A DNA stretch of 64,000 nucleotides from an uncultured Clostridia bacterium (GTDB taxonomy: Bacteria; Bacillota; Clostridia; Oscillospirales; Ruminococcaceae): NCBI GenBank assembly GCA_947631455.1, contig CANRLH010000002.1, forward strand, positions 155,312 through 219,311. Reading direction: 5' to 3'. Below, one piece after another: positions 41,033-50,053 of the stretch. Every line of letters starts with the position of its first letter. The stretch's first letter is position 1. Under the pieces are notes generated by a model. That model was not told the origin of the DNA and ran no database searches. It saw only the letters and a list, made by a program, of their open reading frames with translations. A program made the translations under genes and the position numbers.

Positions 41033-41752
41033 ATGAGTTACGGATTCAAAATAATTGTCGAAGGGGATTATGCTCTATTTACACGTCCGTCGTTTAAGGT
41101 TGAGAGAGTGACATTTGAAGTCCCCACCGTTTCGGCTATGGAAGGTCTGATCAAATCGATCTACTGGAAACCTTCAGTACGTGTCTGTGTGGATAAAATT
41201 ATTGTATTTAATCCTATCAGGTTTATAAACGTAAGGCGTAACGAGGTGAAAAGCAAAATATCTCTTTCGGCAGTAAAGTCGCAGATGAAAGGCATAGGAA
41301 ACGCTGAAATTTATACCACTGAAGATCGAAGCCAGCGCGCGGGAATGATCTTAAAGGATGTAAAATACGGCATTGAGTTTCATTTTGAGCTTACCGGAAT
41401 GAGGTCAGAGCATTCTGATGAATGCGAAGAAAAGCATTATAATATATTTCTTAGAAGGCTCAGAAACGGTCAGTGCTTTCGTCAGCCATGCCTTGGATGC
41501 AGAGAGTTTTCTGTTAAGAGTATCAAACTTGTAGACGATTTTGACTTAAGTGAGATAAGCGATGAGCTTAAAGGCGATATTGATCTGGGGTATATGCTAT
41601 ACGGTATGAAATTTGAAGACGGAGGAGTCCCGATAAACAACGACTGGGATAACCCTAAGTTTTCTGATAAGGCGGATGCCGTTTATTACCGACCGCATAT
41701 GATAGACGGGGTGATCGATGTTGCCAAATACAGGGAGGGAATAGTATGTTAA
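41033..41752 (+). CDS. cas5: Cas5c (Cas5d), type I-C pre-crRNA endoribonuclease/Cascade subunit
   Basis: N-terminus FKIIVEGDYALFTRPSFKVERVTFEVPTVSAMEGLIKSIYWKP is typical of Cas5d. Confidence 0.9.
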   Translation: MSYGFKIIVEGDYALFTRPSFKVERVTFEVPTVSAMEGLIKSIYWKPSVRVCVDKIIVFNPIRFINVRRNEVKSKISLSAVKSQMKGIGNAEIYTTEDRSQRAGMILKDVKYGIEFHFELTGMRSEHSDECEEKHYNIFLRRLRNGQCFRQPCLGCREFSVKSIKLVDDFDLSEISDELKGDIDLGYMLYGMKFEDGGVPINNDWDNPKFSDKADAVYYRPHMIDGVIDVAKYREGIVC

Positions 41753-43593
41753 TTAAAGCTCTGTGTGACTATGCGGACAAGCTTGAGGAAAGTTCGGGGA
41801 GCAAGAAATTGTCTGAAGGCTGGAGTGAACAGGACGTGCATTTTCAGATAAGGCTTACACCTGACGGAGATATTGCAAGTATTGTTGATATTCGAGAAGA
41901 GGAAAAAACTTATACTCGGAAAGGAAAGGAAAAAATAAAGCTTGTTCCTAGAAAAGTGGTTTTGCCCACAAGAACGCAAAAGAGCACTATATGCTCAAAT
42001 TTTATAGAACACCGACCGTTTTATATTTTCGGCCTTTCATATGATAAGAACGGTTTCTCTGCCGAGTTTAATAATGACAGGGCAAGAAAATCCCATAAGG
42101 CGTTTGCTAAGCATGAACAGGAATTTTTCAAAGGACTGACTTCTGAAATATGTACCGCATATAGAAGGTTTACTGAAAAGTGGAAGCCTGAGGATGAAAC
42201 GCAGAATCCGGCATTGCTGCAGCTTGGAAATGACTATAAGAAGTCTTATTTTTGTTTCTCACTTGCGGGCGGAACAGAAAGACTTGAAGAAGATGAGCAG
42301 TTTATCGCGAAATATAATGCTTATATTTCTGAAAAAAACAGCGAAGCTGATGAAAATGCTTCGGAAATTGGTATCTGTGGTGTAACAGGTGAGAGACTCC
42401 CCATTGCGAGAATACACGATAAAATTAAATTCCCGGGCGGAAATACTACCGGATGTGTTTTGGTGGGAATGAAAAAGACAGCGTATCATTCTTATGGTAA
42501 AACGCTGTCGTACAACAGCAATATTTCCGAAAGTGTGATGAAAAAATATACATCAACGCTTAATGATCTGCTTGAAAATAAAAAACACCACATTATGATG
42601 GATGACCTGGTAATAGTTTATTTTGCTATGAAGGCGAATGACAGTCAGGAATGTAATGCTTTTTCTTTGATGTATTCGCCTCCTGTCGATGAAACGCAGA
42701 ATATGCTCAGCAAAACGTTTGAAGACGCTTTGAGCGGCATTACGACCGATGAACAGGTCATTAAGGAGCTTGAGGTGGATGAAGATGTTACATTTTATGT
42801 GGTGGGTATGACGCCTAACAGTTCGCGTATATGCCAGAAATTCATCTACCGTGACAAGTTCGGAAGTATTATACACAATCTTATACAGCATCAGAGGGAT
42901 ATGCAAATTGCTCCGGTAATTGACAAGCAGATTTATTTTTCCTCGATAAAAAAGGAGCTTATTTCTCCTAAGGCGACAAACGCAAAGGTTCCGCCGCCGC
43001 TGATGACAAGTATAATGCTTTCGGCATTTAACGGCAGCAATTATCCGAATGAATTGCTTGAAACAGTGGTGAGAAGGGTAAAGTGTGACAGCGATACGGA
43101 TAAAAGTGATTATATCAAATTAAACCGCGTAAGAGCAGGTATTATCAAGGCTTGTCTTAACAGGAAAGCCAGATTATCAGGTAAAGAGGAGGAAATTAAA
43201 ATGACACTTGATGTTAACAATAATGATCCCGCATATTTGTGCGGAAGACTATTTGCTGTGTATGAGGCAATACAGAAACTGGCATCGGGCGGAGATCTTA
43301 ACAGAACCATAGTGGATTCGTATTTTGCTTCCGCTTGTAAAAGACCTTCCGGAATATTGCCAACGCTTTCTCAGCTTGCACAAGTACATATGAGAAAGCT
43401 AAGCACTGAAATGGTCAATACTTATGACAGTATTATTACTAACATAATGAACAAGCTTAATGGCAACGAAGGATTTCCACTTACGCTTGACCTTGATTCA
43501 CAGGGTAAATTTGTCATAGGATACTATCAGCAAAAAGATAGATGTAAATATATAAACAATTTTAAAGACAGAAAGGAAGAAAGTCATGAATAA
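41746..43593 (+). CDS. cas8c: Cas8c (Csd1), type I-C large subunit
   Basis: 615 aa with N-terminus MLIKALCDYADKL. Its position between cas5c and cas7c is diagnostic of subtype I-C. Confidence 0.85.
   Translation: MLIKALCDYADKLEESSGSKKLSEGWSEQDVHFQIRLTPDGDIASIVDIREEEKTYTRKGKEKIKLVPRKVVLPTRTQKSTICSNFIEHRPFYIFGLSYDKNGFSAEFNNDRARKSHKAFAKHEQEFFKGLTSEICTAYRRFTEKWKPEDETQNPALLQLGNDYKKSYFCFSLAGGTERLEEDEQFIAKYNAYISEKNSEADENASEIGICGVTGERLPIARIHDKIKFPGGNTTGCVLVGMKKTAYHSYGKTLSYNSNISESVMKKYTSTLNDLLENKKHHIMMDDLVIVYFAMKANDSQECNAFSLMYSPPVDETQNMLSKTFEDALSGITTDEQVIKELEVDEDVTFYVVGMTPNSSRICQKFIYRDKFGSIIHNLIQHQRDMQIAPVIDKQIYFSSIKKELISPKATNAKVPPPLMTSIMLSAFNGSNYPNELLETVVRRVKCDSDTDKSDYIKLNRVRAGIIKACLNRKARLSGKEEEIKMTLDVNNNDPAYLCGRLFAVYEAIQKLASGGDLNRTIVDSYFASACKRPSGILPTLSQLAQVHMRKLSTEMVNTYDSIITNIMNKLNGNEGFPLTLDLDSQGKFVIGYYQQKDRCKYINNFKDRKEESHE
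43201..43593 (+). CDS. cas11: candidate internally translated small subunit Cas11c (in frame within cas8c, 130 aa)
   Basis: AAAGAGGAGGAAATTAAA precedes an in-frame ATG at 43201. The product is the helical C-terminal 130 aa of Cas8c. Confidence 0.5.
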   Translation: MTLDVNNNDPAYLCGRLFAVYEAIQKLASGGDLNRTIVDSYFASACKRPSGILPTLSQLAQVHMRKLSTEMVNTYDSIITNIMNKLNGNEGFPLTLDLDSQGKFVIGYYQQKDRCKYINNFKDRKEESHE

Positions 43594-44458
43594 GATGAAT
43601 GCGATCCAAAATAAGTACGATTTTGTCATACTCTTTGACGTTGAAAACGGCAATCCCAACGGTGATCCAGATGCCGCGAATATGCCAAGAACCGACCCGG
43701 AGACATCATACGGTATAGTTACAGATGTTTGTTTGAAAAGAAAGATAAGAAACTATGTTGAGCTTGCCAAGGAGGGTGAGGCCGGATATAATATTCTCAT
43801 AAAAGCCGACCGCTCGTTAAACTCAAAGTTTACTGAGGCATATGACGCTCTACAACTCCCAAAAAAGCAGAAAGGCAAAAATGCAGATGATGTTAAAAAG
43901 GCACAGGAATATATCTGTGACAACTACTTCGATGTTCGTACCTTTGGAGCTGTAATGAGCACCGGCGATGATCCGTGCGGAATAGTAAGAGGACCGGTTC
44001 AACTCAATTTTGCTAAAAGTCTTGACCCTGTATATAATCAGGATATTACCATAACAAGACAGGCGGTAACTACCGAAAAGGATTTCAAAGAGAAAAAAAG
44101 CGAAATGGGCAAAAAGAGCTTTGTTTCTTATGGACTTTACCGTGCAGAAGGATATGTTTCTGCTATGCTGGCTCAGAAGGTAACGGGCTTTAGTGAGGCT
44201 GACCTTGAACTTTTGTGGGATGCAATCAAAAATATGTTTGAAAATGATCACAGTGCGGCAAGAGGCAAAATGTGTGTTAGAAAACTTGTTGTATTCAAAC
44301 ATTCGTCGCCGCTCGGAAACGCTCCTTCACATATCTTGTTTGATAAGATAAAGATCCATAGAAAGGATGACGTTGAATTCCCGAGAAGCATTGACGATTA
44401 CATAATAAGTGTAGACACCTCAATGCCCGAGGGTGTAGAGCTTATTGAGGAGATATGA
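43586..44458 (+). CDS. cas7: Cas7c (Csd2), type I-C backbone subunit
   Basis: YDFVILFDVENGNPNGDPDAANMPRTDPETSYGIVTDVCLKRKIRNY is typical of Csd2. Confidence 0.9.
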   Translation: MNKMNAIQNKYDFVILFDVENGNPNGDPDAANMPRTDPETSYGIVTDVCLKRKIRNYVELAKEGEAGYNILIKADRSLNSKFTEAYDALQLPKKQKGKNADDVKKAQEYICDNYFDVRTFGAVMSTGDDPCGIVRGPVQLNFAKSLDPVYNQDITITRQAVTTEKDFKEKKSEMGKKSFVSYGLYRAEGYVSAMLAQKVTGFSEADLELLWDAIKNMFENDHSAARGKMCVRKLVVFKHSSPLGNAPSHILFDKIKIHRKDDVEFPRSIDDYIISVDTSMPEGVELIEEI

Positions 44459-45129
44459 TGCCGGAGACGGTAAATATACGCACTATTCAGCATTTTATGT
44501 ACTGTCCGAGACGTTACGGACTTCTCGAACTCAATAAGGACTGGAGCGAAAATGTGTATGTCGTTAAGGCGAATATTATGCATGAACACGTGCACGACGG
44601 GAGCCATAATTTTTCGGACGGTACAAAAGTTGTTCGCAGCGCGGTGTCGATATATAATGACATGCCTGAGTATGACTTGTACGGAGTAGCTGACTGTATA
44701 GAATTTGTCAAAGCAAAAACAGGTGCTGCAATCTCAGGGCTCGATGGGAAATACAAGGTTCGGATAGTGGAATACAAGCCTAAGGCACCTCAGGATAAAG
44801 CTTTTCGCGAATCAGATGCAATACAGGTTTTTGCACAGAAAATTTGTGCGGATTTTGTGTGGAAGTGTGACAGCGAAGCTTTTCTATACTACTCGGATAC
44901 ACGAAAACGTGTTAAGCTTCCGTTTTCTGAGGAATTTGATAAGTATGATTTGATGCTCAAAAAACTGCTTGACGAAATGCGTGAGGTAATGGAGCAGAAC
45001 AAAATACCGCCGAGAAGGAGGGGACAGAAATGCTCCGGCTGCTCGGTAAAAGATATTTGTTTCCCGAAAGACAAATGGTATAGTGTCAGAGAGATAATAA
45101 TGTCTATGAAAAGAGATGGTGAGATATGA
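44455..45129 (+). CDS. cas4: Cas4 (RecB-like nuclease with 4 Cys)
   Basis: N-terminal CPRRYGL, nuclease motif DCIEF...IVEYKPK and C-terminal CSGCSVKDIC. Confidence 0.9.
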   Translation: MMPETVNIRTIQHFMYCPRRYGLLELNKDWSENVYVVKANIMHEHVHDGSHNFSDGTKVVRSAVSIYNDMPEYDLYGVADCIEFVKAKTGAAISGLDGKYKVRIVEYKPKAPQDKAFRESDAIQVFAQKICADFVWKCDSEAFLYYSDTRKRVKLPFSEEFDKYDLMLKKLLDEMREVMEQNKIPPRRRGQKCSGCSVKDICFPKDKWYSVREIIMSMKRDGEI

Positions 45130-46148
45130 AAAAGTTGCTTAACTCGCTGTATATTCTTGACGAAACGGCATGGCTTACTCTTGATGGCGAAAACATAGTT
45201 TGCAAATGTGAGGATAAGGAAAAATTCCGTATGCCATTTGCTAATATTGAGGATATATACTGCTTCAGTTTTCTTGGCTGTTCGCCTGCTCTTATGGGAA
45301 AATGTGCTGATTATGGAATAAATTTAAGCTTTTTCTCTCCGGGTGGAAAATTTCTTGCAAGAGTTCAGGGGAAAACTAAAGGTAATATTCTTCTGAGAAA
45401 AGCTCAGTTTGAACAGTTCGCCGCACCTGATCCGCTGTTAGTTCAGAATACAGTTGCCGCAAAGCTTTCAAATACAAGGTACTTGATCAAACGCTCACTG
45501 CGTGATAATCCACAGCTTGACAGCGACGGTATGATTAGTAAGTGCATTGAGTATCTTGAAAGCGGAATTGAACATGTTTATGAAATGCGTGATACTGAGA
45601 TGATCATGGGCGTAGAGGGAAGTTGTGCTAAGGCGTATTTTAATATTTTTGACAGGCTTATTCTTAACCAAAAAGAAGAATTTGTTATGACCGCAAGAAC
45701 AAAACGACCACCTCTGGATCCGATAAACGCCGTGCTTTCTTTTCTGTATACAATTATGACAAGTACATACACATCAGCTCTTGAAGGCGTAGGGTTGGAC
45801 AGTTGTTATGGATTTTATCATGCACTTCGACCGGGCAGAAGCAGTCTTGCCTGTGATCTTGTAGAGGAATCAAGATGCATAGCAGAGCGTCTGACGATAA
45901 CTATGATAAATCTGAAAATGCTTAATATAAAGGATTTTGAAACGCAGGAGAGCGGAGCAGTAATGCTTAACAAAGAAGGAAAGAAAAAGGTACTTACAGC
46001 TTGGCAGGATAAAAAGCGTGGAAAAATAATGCATCCATATTTGAGAGAAAAGATACCTATGGGACTTTTGCCGTTTGTGCAAAGCTCATTGCTTGCAAAA
46101 TACATTCGCGGAGAAATAAATGAGTATCCGTGTTATCTACTAAAGTAA
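45126..46148 (+). CDS. cas1: Cas1 integrase
   Basis: 340 aa with NSLYILDETAWLTLDGENIV at the N-terminus and the conserved GFYHALRPGRSSLACDLVEE motif. Confidence 0.95.
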   Translation: MKKLLNSLYILDETAWLTLDGENIVCKCEDKEKFRMPFANIEDIYCFSFLGCSPALMGKCADYGINLSFFSPGGKFLARVQGKTKGNILLRKAQFEQFAAPDPLLVQNTVAAKLSNTRYLIKRSLRDNPQLDSDGMISKCIEYLESGIEHVYEMRDTEMIMGVEGSCAKAYFNIFDRLILNQKEEFVMTARTKRPPLDPINAVLSFLYTIMTSTYTSALEGVGLDSCYGFYHALRPGRSSLACDLVEESRCIAERLTITMINLKMLNIKDFETQESGAVMLNKEGKKKVLTAWQDKKRGKIMHPYLREKIPMGLLPFVQSSLLAKYIRGEINEYPCYLLK

Positions 46149-46158
46149 GGTGATAGAT

Positions 46159-46449
46159 ATGATGGTACTTGTAAGCTATGATGTGTCTGTAACAGACAGC
46201 AAAGGAAAAAGTCGGCTAAGAAAGGTCGCAAAGGAATGCACAAATTACGGTCAGCGAGTTCAGAATTCTGTTTTTGAAATTGATGTTGATTACGGTACAT
46301 TTTTAAAGTTCAAAGATAAACTTGTAAAGCTGATTGACACAGATAATGACAGTCTGCGGTTTTATTATCTGGGTAATAACTGGAAAAGACGTATTGAACA
46401 TTATGGAACAAAAGAAACGTACGATCCGGAGGGCGTAATTATCGTCTGA
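46159..46449 (+). CDS. cas2: Cas2
   Basis: MMVLVSYDV...RKVAKECTNYGQRVQNSVFE ferredoxin-like Cas2. The start could be the GTG at 46150 or the ATG at 46159 or 46162. Confidence 0.9.
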   Translation: MMVLVSYDVSVTDSKGKSRLRKVAKECTNYGQRVQNSVFEIDVDYGTFLKFKDKLVKLIDTDNDSLRFYYLGNNWKRRIEHYGTKETYDPEGVIIV

Positions 46450-46596
46450 TTCGCGAACGGTAAACAATATGAATAGCGTGGAATCTTCGCATGGAAAAAC
46501 AGAAGAATTATGAATATTTTATGAACAAAACTGAACTTCTTTGAGTGAAGTGTCCGCCAGTTGTGGATGCGCGACCTCATACACGCAACATATAGG
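46450..46596 (+). promoter_or_regulatory. CRISPR leader
   Basis: 147-bp noncoding, AT-rich segment between cas2 and repeat 1. The repeat orientation (ends GTTGAAAT) places the leader on this side. Confidence 0.6.
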
Positions 46597-48763
46597 GTCG
46601 CGCCCCACGCGGGCGTGTGAGTTGAAATGATATGTATTTTGATGAGAATGGCATAAAGAATATAGTCGCGCCCCACGCGGGCGTGTGAGTTGAAATTCTA
46701 CAGATGAAGTTATAAGTCGTGTTTCATCGGTCGCGCCCCACGCGGGCGTGTGAGTTGAAATTTACATCACATTTCATATTTATATCAGTACTTGCTAGTC
46801 GCGCCCCACGCGGGCGTGTGAGTTGAAATTATAATCATCTAAAAAAATTAACCGATGTTTTCTTGGTCGCGCCCCACGCGGGCGTGTGAGTTGAAATTAG
46901 ATTCTGCAAAGGATTTATATGATTATCAAAAGGTCGCGCCCCACGCGGGCGTGTGAGTTGAAATGGTCGGCTAGCAACACAGTTGTATAAAACATGTCAG
47001 TCGCGCCCCACGCGGGCGTGTGAGTTGAAATGTTGCTACGCTTCACATCCCACCTCATCAAGCCGTCGCGCCCCACGCGGGCGTGTGAGTTGAAATTTTG
47101 ATCATCTTTGCCAATGCCAGTGAAGAATTAAGTCGCGCCCCACGCGGGCGTGTGAGTTGAAATACGCATTGCGTAAGTAGCTTACGCTTTTGAGCTGCGT
47201 CGCGCCCCACGCGGGCGTGTGAGTTGAAATTCAATTAGAAGAGGTGACATCGTCAGATTCAACGCGTCGCGCCCCACGCGGGCGTGTGAGTTGAAATGTA
47301 CCTCCTTGCTCGTCTTACCTGTTCGGGTGATGTCGCGCCCCACGCGGGCGTGTGAGTTGAAATTCCGGTTAATATCTGGCAGAGATATGCCAGTCCGATG
47401 TCGCGCCCCACGCGGGCGTGTGAGTTGAAATTGAATTTCTGATTCTACCCGAAATTTTCGCAAAGTCGCGCCCCACGCGGGCGTGTGAGTTGAAATTTTT
47501 AAATTTTAGTGTTATACTATATACATAGGTGTCGCGCCCCACGCGGGCGTGTGAGTTGAAATAAATAATGCTTACCAATTATGAGCGAGTGCGTGACGGT
47601 CGCGCCCCACGCGGGCGTGTGAGTTGAAATTTAACAAAGCGCTACTGCCACATCAAAAAGATATAGGTCGCGCCCCACGCGGGCGTGTGAGTTGAAATGA
47701 TGCAAACTATGCGTCAATAGCAAATTTAGACGCGTCGCGCCCCACGCGGGCGTGTGAGTTGAAATTTTTGAACAAACATGGTCATATCTTAGCAGTTTCA
47801 ATGTCGCGCCCCACGCGGGCGTGTGAGTTGAAATAATAGCTCTTTCAACTGCCTCAATGCCTTTTTGCGTCGCGCCCCACGCGGGCGTGTGAGTTGAAAT
47901 GGTCGGCTTCCAAGAAATCGGCGTGTAGTTTTTCAATGTCGCGCCCCACGCGGGCGTGTGAGTTGAAATTTTGGTTCTTTTTTTTGCGGTAGTTGCAGTT
48001 ACCTGTCGCGCCCCACGCGGGCGTGTGAGTTGAAATGTTAGCTGTAACACGGCTGTCCTCTGCCAGTGCGTCGCGCCCCACGCGGGCGTGTGAGTTGAAA
48101 TTATGCTGATGAATGTATTGTCGAGAAGCCTGCCGGGTCGCGCCCCACGCGGGCGTGTGAGTTGAAATGTCCGTTTGGCCGGGCGTTGTTGTATAAAATG
48201 CCGTCGCGCCCCACGCGGGCGTGTGAGTTGAAATTGGAATATAACGCAATTATGTGTGCTATTCCCTTGTCGCGCCCCACGCGGGCGTGTGAGTTGAAAT
48301 GATTTCTATTAAGCATAATGGACGGATAATAAATGTCGCGCCCCACGCGGGCGTGTGAGTTGAAATCGTTTGTGTGGAAAACCCAATCATTTATGTCATC
48401 GGTCGCGCCCCACGCGGGCGTGTGAGTTGAAATCTGTCCCTGCTAAAATTAACGGCAGCGAAGATTTTCGTCGCGCCCCACGCGGGCGTGTGAGTTGAAA
48501 TTCTGTTCTCTTGCGTCTAAATCCATTGACCCGTGTCGCGCCCCACGCGGGCGTGTGAGTTGAAATGCCGAATTTTGCACCCGTGACACGCACACAGGTA
48601 GTCGCGCCCCACGCGGGCGTGTGAGTTGAAATGCGACTGATGTGTGTATAGATATAAATTTATCTAGTCGCGCCCCACGCGGGCGTGTGAGTTGAAATAA
48701 GAAAAATTTAAAACTGAACAGGAAAAATTAAGTCGCGCCCCACGCGGGCGTGTGAGTTGAAAT
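46597..48763 (+). CRISPR. Type I-C CRISPR array, 33 identical 32-nt repeats and 32 spacers
   Basis: The repeat is GTCGCGCCCCACGCGGGCGTGTGAGTTGAAAT. I located every repeat by hand. The first is at 46597-46628 and the last at 48732-48763. Spacers are 33-37 nt and sum to 1111 nt, which matches the array length of 2167 nt. The repeat forms a 7-bp hairpin (nt 3-9 with 15-21) that leaves an 11-nt 3' tail, as expected for Cas5d processing. Confidence 0.98.
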
Positions 48764-48821
48764 ATGTCAGCGGGCCGTCCTATGCCTTTGCTAACATACA
48801 TCAGGTTGTATTTTACAAAGT

Positions 48822-48853
48822 AAAAAGCCAGACAGAAAATCGTCTGACTTTTT
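48822..48853. terminator. bidirectional terminator between the CRISPR array and convergent pyrB
   Basis: AAAAAGCCAGAC / GTCTGACTTTTT stem with one mismatch, flanked by A and T runs. Confidence 0.6.
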
Positions 48854-48952
48854 GTGTTTTATAATCTTAAACTAATGTATTAAATGCAACTTTATTTGTC
48901 GTTTTAGGTGTAACTTACATAATATTTATTCTAATGTTAAGATAATTTTGCT

Positions 48953-50026
48953 TTATAACAAAGTACGCTCATTGCAAAATTCGCATTCAATATTGTCACC
49001 AATTCCTATAAAGGATTTCGGCAAATAGCTTTCGGAGTTTGTTATACAGCCTGCATTTGAGCAGCATACTCCCGGATATTCTTTTCCGTGAAGAAGTTTA
49101 ATGTGTCTCTTTTTGTCAGAAAGCATTGTCATTATAAGCGCCATTCTTATATACATTCCGTACTTTGCCTGTTTAAAATACACCGCTCTATCGTCCTTAT
49201 CAACATCGACTTCAATCTCGTCCACACGGGGAAGGGGATGCAATACCTTAAGGCTCGGTTTAGACAAAGAAAGCTTAGCTGTGTCAAGCACATAGGTATC
49301 CTTCTGCTCAAGGTATTCCGCCTCTGATGCAAAGCGCTCTCGCTGTATTCTAGTCATATACAAAACATCAAGCTCACCTATGACCTCCTCTAAGGTCTCG
49401 ACCTCTTTAAAGCTTACTCCGTGAACCGAAAGTATATCCTTTATGTATTGCGGCATTTTAAGCTGAGGGGTTGATATGAATACGAAAGAATTTCCCTTGT
49501 AGCAGGACATTGCCTTGACGAGCGAGTGAACTGTACGCCCGAATTTTAAATCTCCGCAAACACCTATTTTCAAATTCTCAAGCGTTCCCTTTTCGAGCCT
49601 TAGCGTGAGCAGGTCGGTGAGAGTCTGAGTTGGGTGAAGATGTCCGCCGTCACCTGCGTTTATAACCGGACAGTCGGCTGTAAGCGCCGCCGCTTTAGCC
49701 GCACCGGGCTGCGGATGGCGTATAACCAGAACGTCAGCATAGCCCGAAACTATTCGTGTGGTATCCATAAGGTTTTCGCCTTTTGAAACCGACGAGGTTG
49801 ACGGGTTGTCAAATCCGATAAGCGATCCTCCTAACCGAAGCATTGCGGTCTGAAACGACATTTGTGTTCTGGTAGACGGCTCGTAAAAAAGAGTTGCCAT
49901 GATCTTACCCTTGCACACGTTTTCGTAGTTTTTCGGATTTTTGTATATGTCCGCTCCTAAGTCTAAAAGTTCGTCCCAGAATTTTACCGGAAAGTCGTTA
50001 AGGTCGATAAGATGCAAATACTTCAT
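48953..50026 (-). CDS. pyrB: aspartate carbamoyltransferase catalytic chain fused to a PyrI-type zinc domain
   Basis: ATCase motifs FYEPSTRTQMSF, HPTQ and HPLPRV. An extra ~50 aa C-terminus reads CCSNAGCITNSE...ECEFCNE (CxxxxC...CxxC). The ATG at 50026 is 9 nt from GAAAGGA. Confidence 0.85.
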   Translation of the reverse strand: MKYLHLIDLNDFPVKFWDELLDLGADIYKNPKNYENVCKGKIMATLFYEPSTRTQMSFQTAMLRLGGSLIGFDNPSTSSVSKGENLMDTTRIVSGYADVLVIRHPQPGAAKAAALTADCPVINAGDGGHLHPTQTLTDLLTLRLEKGTLENLKIGVCGDLKFGRTVHSLVKAMSCYKGNSFVFISTPQLKMPQYIKDILSVHGVSFKEVETLEEVIGELDVLYMTRIQRERFASEAEYLEQKDTYVLDTAKLSLSKPSLKVLHPLPRVDEIEVDVDKDDRAVYFKQAKYGMYIRMALIMTMLSDKKRHIKLLHGKEYPGVCCSNAGCITNSESYLPKSFIGIGDNIECEFCNERTLL

Positions 50027-50053
50027 AAAAACCATTCCTTTCAGCTTATGTCA

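Noticed and set aside
46401-48593. Several 65-139 aa minus-strand ORFs across the CRISPR array (for example 47631-48050 and 47854-48249) with recurring peptides STHTPAWGAT / NSHARVGRD / QLTRPRGAR.
   Set aside because: The recurring peptides are translations of the 32-nt repeat in three frames. The ORFs exist only because the GC-rich repeat lacks stops. They are not genes.
48764-48830. A possible extra spacer plus a degenerate terminal repeat after repeat 33.
   Set aside because: The sequence about 33-37 nt downstream (GTTGTATTTTACAAAG...) shares almost nothing with the repeat beyond the initial GT. The array ends at 48763.
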